From Octopus sinensis (taxonomy: Eukaryota), in the NCBI RefSeq assembly GCF_006345805.1, contig NC_043005.1, positions 806,001 to 870,000 on the forward strand: a stretch of 64,000 nucleotides of DNA, read 5' to 3'. How positions within the stretch are numbered: position 1 is the first letter of the stretch; each line of letters starts with the position of its first letter. The translations under genes and the position numbers were made by a program. The notes under the pieces are model-generated. The model saw only the letters and a list, made by a program, of their open reading frames with translations. It was not told where the DNA came from and did not search any database. Positions 1 to 13,956 of the stretch are shown in pieces.

Positions 1-1900
1 TACAATTTATTACATTACATTCAATTCGCCATATATTATTCATTTTATTATCCATCATCTTTCCCTTCACATTTCAGGTATACTGAAGACCCTTTACTTG
101 TTGCTTCAGACTGCGTAAAATATTGGTGAAAGCAAACAGTTGTCAGACTTATTTATGACAAAAAGCGAGTCAGTATGACCAACGTACCCTGTCCTGCACC
201 TGATTGCGCCATGAGTTGGCCTGTAAACAATCCATGGGAGAGAGTACTGACAAGCCTCATCGATCATCTGCAACAATGACACAGAATGTATGCACCTGCC
301 ACCTACAACAAATACAACCCCCTCCTCCAACTACACTACCATTCCAGCCACTGAGGAAAAACGTTGTCGCCTGAGGAAGTAGCTGCTACAATACTACAGC
401 TCCAGCACATTCAACGTCTGCAACCATCGGCAATTCTCCAAGATGTCTGACCAACCGATCCGCTTAATGCTAAACCAGTCGCCCACCATACGCCCATACC
501 AGTCCTGGTTCATTGGCAAGAGGAAGTAAAAGCAGGTCTCGACCGGAATGTTCCACTTGGAGTTATCAAGCCTATTCCCATTGGTACATCTGTCAATTGG
601 TGACAGACAATGGTGGTATGTCCTAACAGGTCTGGAAAACCATCTTAAAGGAGCATCGAATGGCGCACAGGCACTTAACACTGCCCTATCAGCTATGAGC
701 TGACATTGTACCTTCTTCCACAATTGGGGAGAATCACTGCCATTGCATTTCCCCATGACAACTGCCGCGCCAAAGTCGGTATTGAGACAATAAAGGGCCT
801 CGTTACAGACAACACTGACACCAATGGCTTCCTTAACACTGACAGTTTCCAGTGCACAATGCTACAATAAAGAAATACACCTGACTGGGACACACACTTG
901 TCCCCAGCCATGTGCATCTTTGGCAGCCCTATACAATACTTTATTCCCATCCATCCCGGCAAGTACAAGCTACATTCCACATGGCATGAAACTATGACTT
1001 ATTGAAAAGAAGACCTGCGTAAACACAACATGAGTGCTACTGAACGGTTGTCAAAACACACATGCTCACTTCTTTCGAACTATGTCCTAATCCAGAGCCA
1101 AGTTTGACCCAATCCTACAAATGGGGGGAAAACTGGTGCCATTTAGATGTACGTCATTTCGATCTGTACATGTTGAGAGTGGATGGATCAGGCCAAAATT
1201 CCTCTGGAAGTATCTACTGCTTCTTCCTCATGGCCCACTGCTCATGGTGTCTGGACCACATGCGTTCCCTATGCCAACACCAGTGATGAGACTACCTTCT
1301 CAACCGACTTTAACAGCACCTCATGCAGCTGCAACACCAATGCCCACTTCCCGATTCCAAAATTACCATGACCAGAAATGCATCTCACCGCCTACCCACA
1401 GAGCCACGCCAACTTACCCCACCTTTACCACAAGTGGTCATACCCCAACACCCCTTGAAACCCCTGCTTTCCAAAAGTGACCCTTGCCTGATGCAGTTTA
1501 TCCTCATCCAGCAATTGTCCTGTTTGTCGCTCTGCCAGACTCGCAAAGACTGACACAAAAGCCTGATGCACAACTGACACGTTGCTCCTTGATCGTCACA
1601 CCGTCAATATTGATTAAGGGTCTCTTGCACTAATATTATTTTCGTTAATCATTTAATACATATTATTAGTCTTCTTTGCTTCTCTCAAAGGAATTGGGGA
1701 GGGCATAGAGGATGACAACTGAAACACTCATATATTATCATTTATTACATTACATTCAATTAGCCATACATTATTTGTTTCATTATCCAAATATTTTCCT
1801 TCACGTTTCAGGTATACCGAGGACCTTTTTTTCATTGCTTCAATCAGTGTACATAAAGTGTTTGTGAAAGCAAAGAGTTTTCACACTTATTTACTAATGA
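1..1900 (+). mobile_element. Internally deleted, old Gypsy LTR retrotransposon; the 5' LTR is cut by the window start
   Basis: 1-160 aligns with ~1736-1900 (diverged LTR pair). A polypurine tract (aaggaattggggaggg, ~1688-1703) precedes the second copy. Between them are a gag-like start MTNVPCPAPDC (~175), an RT N-terminal fragment PVAHHTPIPVLVHWQEEVKAGLDRNVPLGVIKPIP (~474-648) and an integrase fragment [17 protein letters not shown]...RNTPDWDTHLSPAMCIFG (~720-990). Confidence 0.8.
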
Positions 1901-2189
1901 GCTTCTTCTTATAGCTAAATCACTACCAGAACTAGAGAACAAATTGTGCGTACGGAAGCAAGGTCTAGAATTGAAAGGTCACAGAATTAACCTACCCAAC
2001 CCTAACCCAAAGTCTTAGTAAGTAGGAAAACAGATAAATCGTAAAGCCCTTCAGGTACATGGCCATCCTCAATATGAAGGAAACAGGTAGGTAGATGTAC
2101 TCTGTATAACACATAATAGGTGTAGCAATATCAGAGGAAGGTAAACTGGGAAAATATATTTTGTATGTGGAAAGTGCACATGTACAGTA

Positions 2190-2752
2190 AACACTAAAAG
2201 TGTACAGAAAATGGGCTTCATCAAATACCAGAGGAGTACGATAAAGATTGTTGAGCAACAAAGTCAGTAGCAGAGGTGGATGAACCAAGAGTGTGGCTGC
2301 AAGAATAAAAATAGGCAGAGCAAATTCAGAGAGCTCTTCCTCTGTTTGGTAACTAAGGGTCTCTCCTTCAGAGTGAAAGCCAGATTTATTATACCTGTGC
2401 AGACAACTATGCTACATGGCAGAAGAAGCAGACATAAGAAGGCATTGGACAAGGTGGTAATGATGATCTTTGACTGTGGAACTTATAAAGGCAATGACTA
2501 ATGACTGACACCTTTCATGACATGCTGTGCCTTAGAAGACAATATATTGTAATTAATTTCCCATCAATTTTTTTCACAACCCCTGCCCACAACACTCATG
2601 GAGTGCTTGATGTTAAGAAGGGCATCCAGCCATAGAAACAATGACAAATCAAGACTGGAGTCTGCTGCAGACCCTCAGCTTACCAGCCCTGATGAAACTG
2701 TCCAACCCAAGCCAGCATAGATAATGGACATTAAATGATGATGATGATGAGG
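2190..2752 (+). mobile_element. Degraded RTE LINE 3' fragment and tail
   Basis: LVTKGLSFRVK and TMLHG motifs shared with the other RTE copies; ends in the family tail ggacattaaa(tga)n. Confidence 0.6.
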
Positions 2753-3480
2753 ACAATTCTTTTTGTAAAACTTTTGCATTTTATGCTGAACATCTAGTTT
2801 AAAGTTAATTTTATACATTGAATTTTCATTTCCAGTGAAATCAATTTTAATATTTCAAATTCAAAAATATTTAACAAAATATAATGAGAAACTGAAGCAA
2901 GTACTACTTCTATATTTGTAAAAACAAAAAGAAACAAATAGAGGAAAATGAGCAAAATTGTGCAAAAGTGAACTAAGAAACAGAATACTGTGTAAGGCAA
3001 GAGACAACTGTATTTATGAAAGTACCATATTGCATAAACACAAAAAAAAGAAACTATTGCAGAGGGAATTAAACTGAAACAGATATCAACATGACACACA
3101 CAACCCATGCTAGTATGGATAAATGATAAGATATTTCTGTCGAGAGAAGATTCAATGACAATCTTATGCAACCAACAATAACCTCAAACTTATCAGATTA
3201 TTGTAGATGAGCAACAACTCAAGAAAACCTGTCAAATCTATGTTCTTACAATGAATTAATTGCAAGTATTTAAGTATGTAGACAACATAATTTCATGTTT
3301 TATATGCATCAATACATGTGTAAAAATAAGTCTCATATCTACGTTCATTTTTCCATCCTAGCATGAGTTTGAAAAATATAAGATTTAATAGTTGGGTAAC
3401 ATTGTCGTAGCTAATGCTAATTTTCTACTAAAGGTTTTCTTTTTTCTTTCAAAGTGCAGTTCTAACAAATGATACATTTG

Positions 3481-4690
3481 TACACAAACATGACAAAAGT
3501 AAATAGATACCCATTAACACATTGTTTTATGGTTATTATAACTTGAAGAGGTTTATATTTTTTTTATTAATTGACATTTATATGTTTCAGGTTCTATATG
3601 TAACTGTTTAATCATGCCATGTACAAAAGAAGCCTTAAAAATGTCCAATTTACAAAGAGGCCATATGCTGCGCCTATTTCAAGGCTGACTTAGCCTAAAA
3701 CCACAGAAAACATTGTGATTCCACTTTCTACAGTAAATAGAGTAATTTTTCAATTCACTAAACGGGAAAGTAGTCCATATCACCTTACCCAGGTAGACTA
3801 AGGCCCTCTGACAGAACACTTTGCTTTCTTAAGAGAAGTGTGTAAGATAATCCTCATTGCAAGGCCTCCAATATAGCAGAATAAGTTGATGTCAGTCCCA
3901 GAATAGCTGTCAGTTATCTCCGCAAAATTGGCTATTATGGCAGAGCAGCAAGAAAGAAGACACTGCTTCGACCAGCCAATATCAAATGGAGAAAAGATTG
4001 GACAAGTGAGATGGTAGAGAGGTCACTAGCACTTTGGGACACTGTCAAATTCTCTGATGAATCCAGATTTGCTGTATTTTCTGACACTGGTCGAATGTGG
4101 GTCTGGAGAATCAGTCACCAATATTTTCACGTGAATATATTGCAGCCAACAATGAAACATGTGATGGTCTGGAGAGCAGTTTGGAGCAATAGTCAATCAG
4201 AAATGGTGGAGTGTGGGATACATAAACTCAGATAAATATGTGTCCATATTATAGAAAAATCTTCTCCCTATAACCTCCAGGGGTAAAATGATTAAATAAC
4301 ACTATTTATGGAAGATAGGGCTTTCTTGCACAACTAAAAGACCCAGGATTGGTTGGAAGAGAATGGCATTAAAAAGCTTCCATAGCTAAGCCAATCACCA
4401 GATATGAACCCTACTGAACACTCTGAGGCATGATGGATGGATACTTCCTAAAAAGAAAAAGAAAGCATCCTTAAAGCCAGATCTTTTGATATTACTGCAA
4501 GAAACTTGGCAAGAAAATCATGAAGAGAATATTCATCAGATCAGTAGCATGCCTGCTAGGGTCCTTGCATTCAAAAATGCAAGGAGCCTGTCTACTAAAT
4601 ATTAGATATTCACATTAATAATTAATAAATAAATTTAAATAAATTTTAACAATTATAAGGATGTCTATTTAATTCTGTCATGTCTATGTA
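3481..4690 (+). mobile_element. Tc1-like DNA transposon with a decayed transposase
   Basis: Imperfect ~30 bp TIRs (tacacaaacatgacaaaagtaaatagataccc at 3481; reverse complement of ggatgtctatttaattctgtcatgtctatgta ending at 4690) with TA at both ends. Motifs WDTVKFSDESRF, VMVW and SQSPDMNPTEH. Confidence 0.85.
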
Positions 4691-5228
4691 GTTTTTGAAG
4701 CAAAACACAATGGAAACATTAATATTAAGACCTTTTCAAAAATCTCTCTCAAGCTTTTCATGCACACTAAGATTTTATTGACATTCATTCAAATTCACTC
4801 ATCCCAACATGAAACAATTTTTTCCATCAAAAACTTAATTTGATCTAGATCCTCTAAGTGTCTCTAATGACCTTCATGCCTTAATTTCAATTTGTTGCCT
4901 AGATTTTTCCTCAGGGCCAACTCACCAAACAGAAATTAATGAGAGACCTAATTGCCTTTCATCTTGATCACATAAATACTCCCACATATTTGGTGCTCAA
5001 ATACAGCATGCTCCACACTAGGAGATTGACAGTTACCCAGTATATGCAAAAATCGAACACATTTGCAGTACTAAACAAGCCATTACTATTGCATTTTCTG
5101 GCTTCATGTTTCCCAATTATATCCCAAATTTTTATCTCTGCAAATGCTTTCATTCAAATCACCAAGTATGATTTTATAAGCAGAAAGAACACTGCACAGA
5201 AGCTTTTTTCATTAAAGATAAAATATTA

Positions 5229-5436
5229 GTCTTTTTTTCTCTTCAGAGGAACACATGGTTGGAGGGTAGACACTTACTAAGGTAACAAATCTCTTGTTTG
5301 ACAATGGCAATCTCACTGACATCAAGGTAATCAGTAAATCCAAAGAGTTCATAATCTTAGATGCCAATATTTCACAAACATTCAATGGTCTGTACTCTCT
5401 TGCAGTAGCAAGATGACACATAGGCCTAGGCTGCAA
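5229..5436 (-). mobile_element. RTE LINE endonuclease fragment
   Basis: LMSVRLPLSNKRFVTLVSVYPPTMCSSEE resembles the APE segment RLPL...LVSVYAPT of RTE elements. Confidence 0.6.
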
Positions 5437-5867
5437 TACTGTGGGACACCTTCCAAGCCAGACCTTTCACTATCCATTCCACATCCCTTCTTGACATTAC
5501 TCTAAATTATTTTGATTTTTCAATGAGTATTTTGCACTTTTTGTCAACAGTTACCTATAACATGCATCACATAATTGATATGGTGTATACACACACATGC
5601 AATAAGCTTCATATAGTTCCCATCAACCACTTTCACTAAAAATGCATTTGTTGATCCCTACCTATAGTCGAAGACTCTTGCCCAAAATGCCACACAGTAG
5701 AACTAGACCCTAAACCATGGCATTGGGAAACAAACATATTTTACATTTGCAAACATATATATCTTATGGAAATTGTTCAATATACACAGAGAAACAGGTG
5801 TTCAATTTACAAACAGCTATGGTTAACTAACAGAAAACATAAATTAACAAAAAAGTTATGTACTTAC

Positions 5868-6208
5868 AGGTGAAGCTTCGCATGGGGATACTTGTTTTGG
5901 TAAAATATACATGTATAAACTGGCACCCCTATGGGATTGGAAGAATGGACTAGCAAAACTCTTATAAAAAAATTAGCATATTGGTTGAGACAAAGAGAGT
6001 CATTGGGAGTTCATGGAAGTTGTTGACATTGTTCAGAGTTTCTATTTATTAGAGTATTGTGTTTAGTGGAGTAATCTGAAGTAGGTTGTGTGAAGACAGT
6101 TGTGTCTATCCACGCTTCGTGAAATTTGCATATCCAACATATAGAAGGATATAAAATAAACAAAAGTTCGCATGTAAACCAATAAGTGTAATCGTTCATT
6201 TTTTAACC
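5868..6208 (-). other. Candidate 341-bp exon, non-coding or decayed
   Basis: Minus-strand acceptor tatttcatttttactttcag|GG and donor CCT|gtaagta bracket non-repeat sequence. No frame is open across it. Confidence 0.3.
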
Positions 6209-7197
6209 CTGAAAGTAAAAATGAAATACATCCTAATAGTAGCGAAAGGAAAATTTTGGCTTTAATATCAGTTCAATACTCTTTATTTGAAGTGACAAGC
6301 AGCCAAGTATTATACAAATGGAAACTTTTACATGTCTCAGGAAAGATATAAATGCAAGCAATGTGAGACCAACTTTCATTAAAACTACACAGAAATTCAT
6401 CAAAATTCATTCACAGATTTTATTCTATTAAACTTAAGATGGTGGAGAGGCACAATTGTTAGTGTTGGCAAAATAACTTCCAATATTTCTACCAGCTCTT
6501 TATATTCTAGTTTCAAAACCTGTTGAGGCTAACTTTGTTTCTCTTCCTTTCATGGTTGATAAAAAAAAGTGCAAGTCAAGTAATAAGATCAATTTAATCA
6601 ATTAACCACTTCCTCTAAAATTTGAGGCATTCCCCTGTTTACAAACATGACCAATTAATCAAATGACTTGGGAAAAATAAATCTGCATGTTAGGAAACAG
6701 GATAGCTTTCTGTCATTCAAATATTCGTGAAATTTACAATATACCATAATTTCAGCAATTCACATAGTCATATTGTAAGAGAGTTCATCATCATTTCACT
6801 AAAGATGCATACACTAATATAGAAACTGATATTAATTAAGAAATCTTAACCATAAACAATATTTTTTATGCTATTTCACCAATGAGCAACTAATAAGGCA
6901 GAGTTTAAATCCATGCTTCCTTCACCAGTTTATCATATGGCTCTCAATCCATTCAAGCCTTTATTGCAAAACAGCTCAGTTTGCTAATTCTTTACAAAGG
7001 GCAGTACAGGTGAGAAACATAAAATGGACAAAATGAGTGATGAGTAGCAATAAAAAAACATAAGCATCTATCTATTTATCTATATATCTATCAAGCTATC
7101 AAGCAGTCTATCTTTCTAGGTGTTTGGTAGTTGGTATGTCTATTCTTCTTCTGACTCTATCTATTTCTGTCTATATATTTATCTATGTTACAATCTG

Positions 7198-7223
7198 CTT
7201 CTCTCTCTCTCTCTCTCTCTAAA

Positions 7224-7277
<54 letters not shown>

Positions 7278-7320
7278 TATATATATATATAAAGAGAGAG
7301 AGCGAGAGAGAGAAAGAGAT
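7198..7320. repeat. Compound (CT)n(AT)n(AG)n microsatellite
   Basis: Directly visible. Confidence 0.95.
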
Positions 7321-7519
7321 GTACTTGCATAGCGAGTGGCAAGGTAACAATCATGTATACAACTCGAACTGACACATAAACATACGTTCGCAAGTACATA
7401 CACGTCTATTTCTCCTAAATACTCACATACGTAAGTACATAAGTACATACATACATGCGTATAGGCATGCGCACATACATGTACACATATACATACATAC
7501 ATACGTACGTACATATATA

Positions 7520-9948
7520 TCATGAACTAACTGTTACTTTCTCAGATGCAGCACGGAATTTTGTCAGTGAAGTCGCAGTCTCAAAACAACGAAAATATTT
7601 TGACAAATTAAATTTAAATATTAAAGTGAATCTAACGGTTTTTGTGTGTTTCTTAAATGGCTTATAAACACCTTCCATGCTGCAATTGTTTTCGTTCCAG
7701 TACAGCAAAGTTTACCCTTACTAAATTCAAAATCCTGTCAGCTTTCTCTAATTACACCCAAAGGCATAAACAAAAACGAACAAAAAATAAGACCCGTGAT
7801 CTTGACACCAAAATTAAGAAAGGCCTTAACAAATTAAAAAATCATATAAAAAATAAGAGATTGTATGCTTCCCGACTGACAAATCAGTTAGAATGTCTGT
7901 TGACAACTTATCTAATTACATTTTGAACATGCAACCACACATTGAAAACGAAAAAATCCTCAATGCTCACATGGGGATGCGGAGTATCATTCTCCAGTCT
8001 GAGGAATGCACAGCAAACAATTTCATAACTACCAACAATGAAATCCCACCCCTATATGGCCTTCGAAAAGATCATAAGATCCACATGGATCATATACTTG
8101 GGCCACCTACCCGACCTGTTTGTGGTGCCAACAATGCAAACAACCACAAAATATCATATTTTCTCTCACAATTCATAAGACCCTTAATAGAGTTATCTGC
8201 AGATTTACGTGATAGTACTGAAGACCTCCTTAGCAGGATCCGCGAATGCAACAACACGTGTGACCTCAGAGAGCAGATCGTAGGTATCATGGATGTGGTA
8301 TCACTATATCCTTCCATTGATATAGACTTTGCTGTCGAAAAATGTATAAAGATAATTAGTGAGAGCAATATGATATTTAAAAATGCGGACATATATGAAC
8401 TAGGGCTCTTCCTGGCTCTGAATTGTACCAATGAGTATCTGTCACACCATAATCTTCTATATGCTTGTCCTACCCATAACAAACGAGGTAGACCACCTAC
8501 CATTACCTCAGCATACAAAAAGACCCATTGTGAACGCTGACAGGGTTTGATGAGGCAGACTACCCACCTTCAGATGTACAGGACATCAGAACTACTATTG
8601 CACATGCTATCGGTGTCAGCCTTAGAACTATACTTAAAACCCATATTTTTAAGTTTAACAAAAAACTGTATAAACAGACGAAAGTGGTGCTATTGGAGTA
8701 GGGATCGTCGGTGATGTTGCAAACCTCTTCATTGGATGGTGGGGAAGACAGTTTAAACAGTGCCTAGCGACCTGTAACATCCACTTAGCTATGTACTCTC
8801 TATACATTGACGACATTAACATTGTTGTGAAATGTAATAATAATACAGACACAGAGATAGAATCTCTACTAAATGAAGAACAGGTGATGACAGCTATACA
8901 ACACATGGCTAACTCTATCCATAGCAGTATAAAAGTTACCGTAGACTACCCCTCTAAACACCCCAGTAACAGATTACCTGTCCTAGATACTGAGCTGTGG
9001 ATAGAAAATACTATGGTTAACGGAACTGTTAAATCCTGTTTACTCCACTCACACTCTTGTAAACCTATGGCTAATCCACTGGTAATCCGTAGTAACTCAA
9101 CGATGTCGAGTACTAACAAGCTCAACATCCTGGTGGCAGACTTAGTTAGATTAATGAGAAATGTATATCTCCACTATGCCAACCACAAGAACGACAACAC
9201 ATCCAGCACTTCATATTCCGAATGCAATGCCCCGGATACACACAATATGACAGAATCAGAGTGTACAAAGGAGCAAAACCAAGATTCAAACACATTCTAA
9301 GTGATGACGAAAACAGTGTATGGTTCCTATACCGCAACAAGTTCTGGAATAGGTTAGAGAGGGACACCAAGAAAAGAAATAAGACCAATACTTGGTATAA
9401 CAAGAGATTTCACAGTGTAATGTTTGTTGATGCCACACCTAAGAACGAATTATGTAAGGCATTCAAGGAAATCCTACACATAACTGGCCTTAAGATCAAG
9501 GTTGTAGAAAAGACAGGTAGGACTATCAAATCTGTATTATGTAGATCATATCCTTTCGATAGATTCCCATGTCAAAATAATTGTGCAGTATGTTCCACAA
9601 ACCCACATGTGAACTGTAAAACCAAGAACATTGTGCCAAGAAGGAGCTTGCGAGACTAACCCAGAGTCATACATAGGTGAAACTTCTAGGAGTATCAATG
9701 ATAGGTTCAAAGAACACCTGGACAACTACATTGAAAAGAAACCAAACTCCATCTTCTATCAGCATGCTGTAGACTGTCACAAGGGCTCCTTAGGGAGACT
9801 TAAGTTAAACATTTTATCCACACATCCCACTGATGCAATGCTGAGACAGGTCAATAAATCTGTCTGTATACAAGAATACAAACCCACTCTCAACCGAAAA
9901 TCCGAATGGAGTAACATCCAGATTCCACTCAGGATGACCATTCTATAA
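7520..9948 (+). mobile_element. Penelope-like retroelement (RT plus C-terminal GIY-YIG), frameshifted
   Basis: PPLYGLRKDHK, PTRPVCGA, MDVVSLYPSID, YKQTK(G)GAIG, LYIDD, RLPVLDTELW, a Cys-rich linker PCQNNCAVC and the endonuclease YIGETSRS..RFKEH...YQHAVDCH...KPTLNRKSEW, in correct order across frameshifts. Confidence 0.9.
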
Positions 9949-10234
9949 CCCCCCCTCTCTCTCTCTCTCTCTCTCTCATTTACAAGTAGTAATCCATGCA
10001 TAAATGTTGAAATGCATGGTACTAAAATACATATATGCAGTTATATCTAACCGTACGAGCGTACATTGTTTGATACGTATGTACATATGTGTAGATGTAT
10101 ATGTGTGTATACGTATGTGTACGTGTAAATATACATATGAATTATATATGTATGCATGTAAAAAATAAATAAAAAGAATAAATAGAATAAAATAAAACAA
10201 GTTTGAATTTTAACCATTGTCCTTGGAAAAATTG

Positions 10235-10870
10235 TCATATATATGTATACGAACAGCCATGCTACACGGCAGTGAAACATGGGCCGTGACTGCTGAAGAT
10301 ATGCGTAAGCTCGCAAGAAATGAAGCCAGTATGCTCCGATGGATGTGTAATGTCAGTATGCTCCGATGGATGTGTAATGTCAGTGTTCATATAGACAGAG
10401 TTTAAGTACTTTGAGAGAAAAGTTGGACCTAAGAAGCATCAGTTGTGGTGTGCAAGAGAGACGTTGGCAGGTATGGTCATGTGGCGAGAATGGATGTAGA
10501 TATTGTTTGAAACAGTGCCATGCCCTAGCGGTTGAGGCCATAGCCAGCACCACCCTAACTGGCCTCTGTGCCGGTGGCACGTAAAAAGCACCATCCGATT
10601 TGTGGCCGTTGCCAGCCTCGTCTGGTCTCCGTGCCGGTGGCACATAAAAATCACCATCCGATCGTGGCCGTTTGCCAGCATCGTCTGGCACCTGTACCGG
10701 CGGCACGTAAAAAGCACCCACTACACTCACAGAGTGGTTGGCGTTAGGAAGGGCATTCAGCTGTAGGGCATTCAGACTGGGCCTGGTGCAGCCTTCTGGC
10801 TTCCCAGACCCCAGTTGAACCGTCCAACCCATGCGAGCATGGAAAGTGGACGTTAAATGATGATGATGAT
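10235..10870 (+). mobile_element. RTE 3' fragment with internal deletion and (TGA)n tail
   Basis: RTAMLHGSETWAVTAEDMRKLARNEASMLRWMC, a 27-bp tandem duplication (atgctccgatggatgtgtaatgtcagt x2), tandem 3' UTR units and the tail. Confidence 0.9.
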
Positions 10871-10885
10871 ATATATATATAGAAA

Positions 10886-11720
10886 TAGGGTTGGCAACTA
10901 AGTTCCCGCCGTTTTTTTTTATTTAAATTGTTTAAAAGGTTTAATGAAAAGATAACAACTAATTAATCAATAATGTATTCACTTTTGTTGTTTACAACTT
11001 CTTCCCAATGTTCAAAAAGATTTTCAATACCTTGTTGGTAGAAATCACTCGATTTCGACTCGAAAAATTGATCCAACTAAGCTCTCAATTCTGTATCAGT
11101 ACTGAACGAAACTCTGTGCATAGCATTTGAAAGAGATCGAAAGAGGTAGAAATTCATTGGTGCAAAATCAGGAGAGTACGGCGGATGTGGCAGTACTTTC
11201 CAGTCATGCGTTTGAATTGCTTCCTTGGTCATATTGGCGATATGTGGGGTGGGCAATGCTGTGCAGCAGAAGAACTCATGCTGCCAATTAAATCTTTTCT
11301 CTTGAATAGCCGTGTTGAGTCGTTCCATCTCTTGAACATAGAATTCTGCATTGACCATGTGGTTCCATTCAAGCAATTCGTACATCATTTTATGCAGATG
11401 GAGATCTTGTTTCATGTGCAGTGTCGCTTGTTTACCAGAGCTCAGCCATTCCTTTCCGCTGCTTCATTTTGATGTACAGGCACCATATTTTGTCGCCTGT
11501 GATGATTCGGTAAATAAATCATTGCTTTTGTCCATGAGTTGAGCGGTGATGAGCAAGCAAACCTGCAGAGATTGTGGCTCATTGATTTTTGTTGTTGTCA
11601 CTTAAAGCATTCGGAACCCATCCTCCATACATCTGCACCTTTCCCATCGAATAAAGATGCTTCTCTATAGCAGTGTGGGAGCATTCCATTTTCTCTCATA
11701 GTTCCCTTGCCTTTTGACAA
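10886..11720 (-). mobile_element. Mariner transposon remnant, 5' end missing
   Basis: TIR-like TA-gggttggcaactaagttcccgccgtttt at 10886. Minus-strand WVPNAL, IITGDKIW and LPHPPYSPDFAPMNFYLFRSL motifs. Confidence 0.85.
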
Positions 11721-11796
11721 GGATTTTAGTGCAAAAGTCGGTTTAATCGCTCTTCCTCGAACTCAACTGGATAGCCAGAACGAGATTATTAATTAT

Positions 11797-12500
11797 CATC
11801 ATCATCATCATCGTTTAGCGTCCGTTTTCCATGCTAGCATGGGTTGGACGGTTCTACTGGGGTCTGTGAAGCCAGAAGGCTTCATCAGGCCCAGTCAAAT
11901 CTGGCAGTGTTTCTACGGCTGGATGCCCTTCCTAACGCCAACCACTCCGTGAGTGTAGTGGGTGCTTTTTACGTGCCACCCGCACAGGTGCCAGAGAGAG
12001 CTGGCAAACGGCCACGAACGGATGGTGCTTTTTATGTGCACCGGCCGAGGGCCAGGCGAGGCTGGCAACGGCCACGAACGGATGGTGCTTTATGTGCCAC
12101 CGGCACGAGGGCAGCGAGGTGCAAACGGCCACGAACGGATGGTGCTTTTACGTGCCACCAGCACGAGGCCAGTCGGGTTGGCGCTGGCAACGGTCGCGAA
12201 ACGGAAGGTTCTCTTACATGCCACCGGCACTGGTAACACATCTGCAATTTCCATTGATCGATTTCGATTCTGATCCTCACTTGCCTCAACAGGTCTTCAC
12301 AAGTAGAGTTTTGTGTCCCAAGAAGGGAAGGTATGCATACGTAGGCTGGCTCCATCCCATGTAGAAGGCCACGGGTTATGGTCTCACTTGTCCTGCCGGG
12401 TCTTCTCGCGCACAGCACACTTCCAGAGGTCTCGGTCTCTAGTCATTTCCTCAGTGAGACCTAAAGTTCGAAGGTCGTGCTTCACCACCTCGTCCCAGGT
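11797..12500 (-). mobile_element. RTE 3' end
   Basis: (CAT)n tail, five hairpin units, then the reverse complement of the ORF end (WDEVVKHDLRTLGLTEE). Confidence 0.9.
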
Positions 12501-12554
12501 TTTATAAATTTTATAAATTATAAATTGATTAATTAATTCATCTTTATTATTATG

Positions 12555-12629
<75 letters not shown>

Positions 12630-12689
12630 ACAGAGACAGAAATATATATAGATAGAAAGATAGTCAAACAGACCTCCTTAAAAAATCTC

Positions 12690-12870
12690 TCTCTATCTGA
12701 ATTTGGTGATATGAGGGAAGACGTTGTCATGATGCAGAGGAGCTCCATGCTACCGATTAGGTCTTTTCTCTTGAATAGCCGTGTTGTGTTGTTCCATCCG
12801 TTGAACATAGAGTTCCACGTTGACCGTTTGGCTCTGTTCAATCAGTTCGTAATGGATAATCTTCTACACA
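12690..12870 (-). mobile_element. Second mariner transposase fragment of the same family
   Basis: Minus frame IIHYELIEQSQTVNVELYVQRMEQHNTAIQEKRPN...LHHDNVFPH parallels 11250-11400. Confidence 0.7.
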
Positions 12871-13956
12871 GCCCCTGTCAATTTCCTGCACATGAATGCT
12901 CCTGACGCTACACACTCTTAAATCCCCACATTATATCTATTTTCCTACATGCGTCTTTCTCTGCGCATGTGTGCATGCATGTATCGCTACGTACTAAACA
13001 TAGCCATTTGTATGCGGTATAGAAATATGCATGATGCGCAACGGATGTTATCATGTAACCACTATTCCTTTTCATAATGTAAACATATCTTTACAAATAC
13101 GTGTAACAGGAAGTCGCTATATCCTATGGTAAACAGTAGAATAACTACATGTTGCCTTCCTTGGTTACATTTCTGCTATTGTATTAGGGAATGTGGCATG
13201 ATTGAATATTTGTTACTTATAAAACGAGATGTCTTCTACTTCACGAAAGGAACAAGACTTATTAGAAAAGAAAAGAGTAAAGTACAGAGATGGAGGCAAC
13301 AAAGTGAATGACGAGTAGCAGCCGCGAGACGAACAAGGTGGACCTGAGACAACTAACCATATAGCCCTAACCCTAAACCTCACCCAAACACACATACATA
13401 CAGGAGCACGTATACAGATGCCCAACGCACAGACGTACACGCATACACAGACCTTCACACACACACACGCAGATACATAATGGTGAAAAGAGGACAAGTT
13501 GGGAATTTATGGCAGTCGGGAAGGCATAACGGTTAAATAAAGTTTATCACAGTTACAGAAAATTAAATCGACATTAAGTTATGTTTGTTTACACATGTTA
13601 TACATCAAAATGCATTTTTAGTCAATATATTCATAAAAGCAATAACTTAAAAACAATTTCCAGTGAAAAACACGACAAATATTTCCAGCTTGAAGAAGTA
13701 GAAATTCCCGCTGTTGATACAGACGACAATCCCACAATGCTTTGCGAAAAGTCAGAGACCAATTTTCAGCCGCTATAGTTCCGTATTTGCAAAGTGATAA
13801 ATTATTATATAAACTACAGTTTATTTTGACAACTAACAAATAATACTTGTAAGAATTATTCTTTCTTAAAGTAAAATATAATTTCAGCATATATGAGACA
13901 TGTTTCTAAGATTTTGTTGTTAATATATATATATATACAATAAGTTATACGGTATA

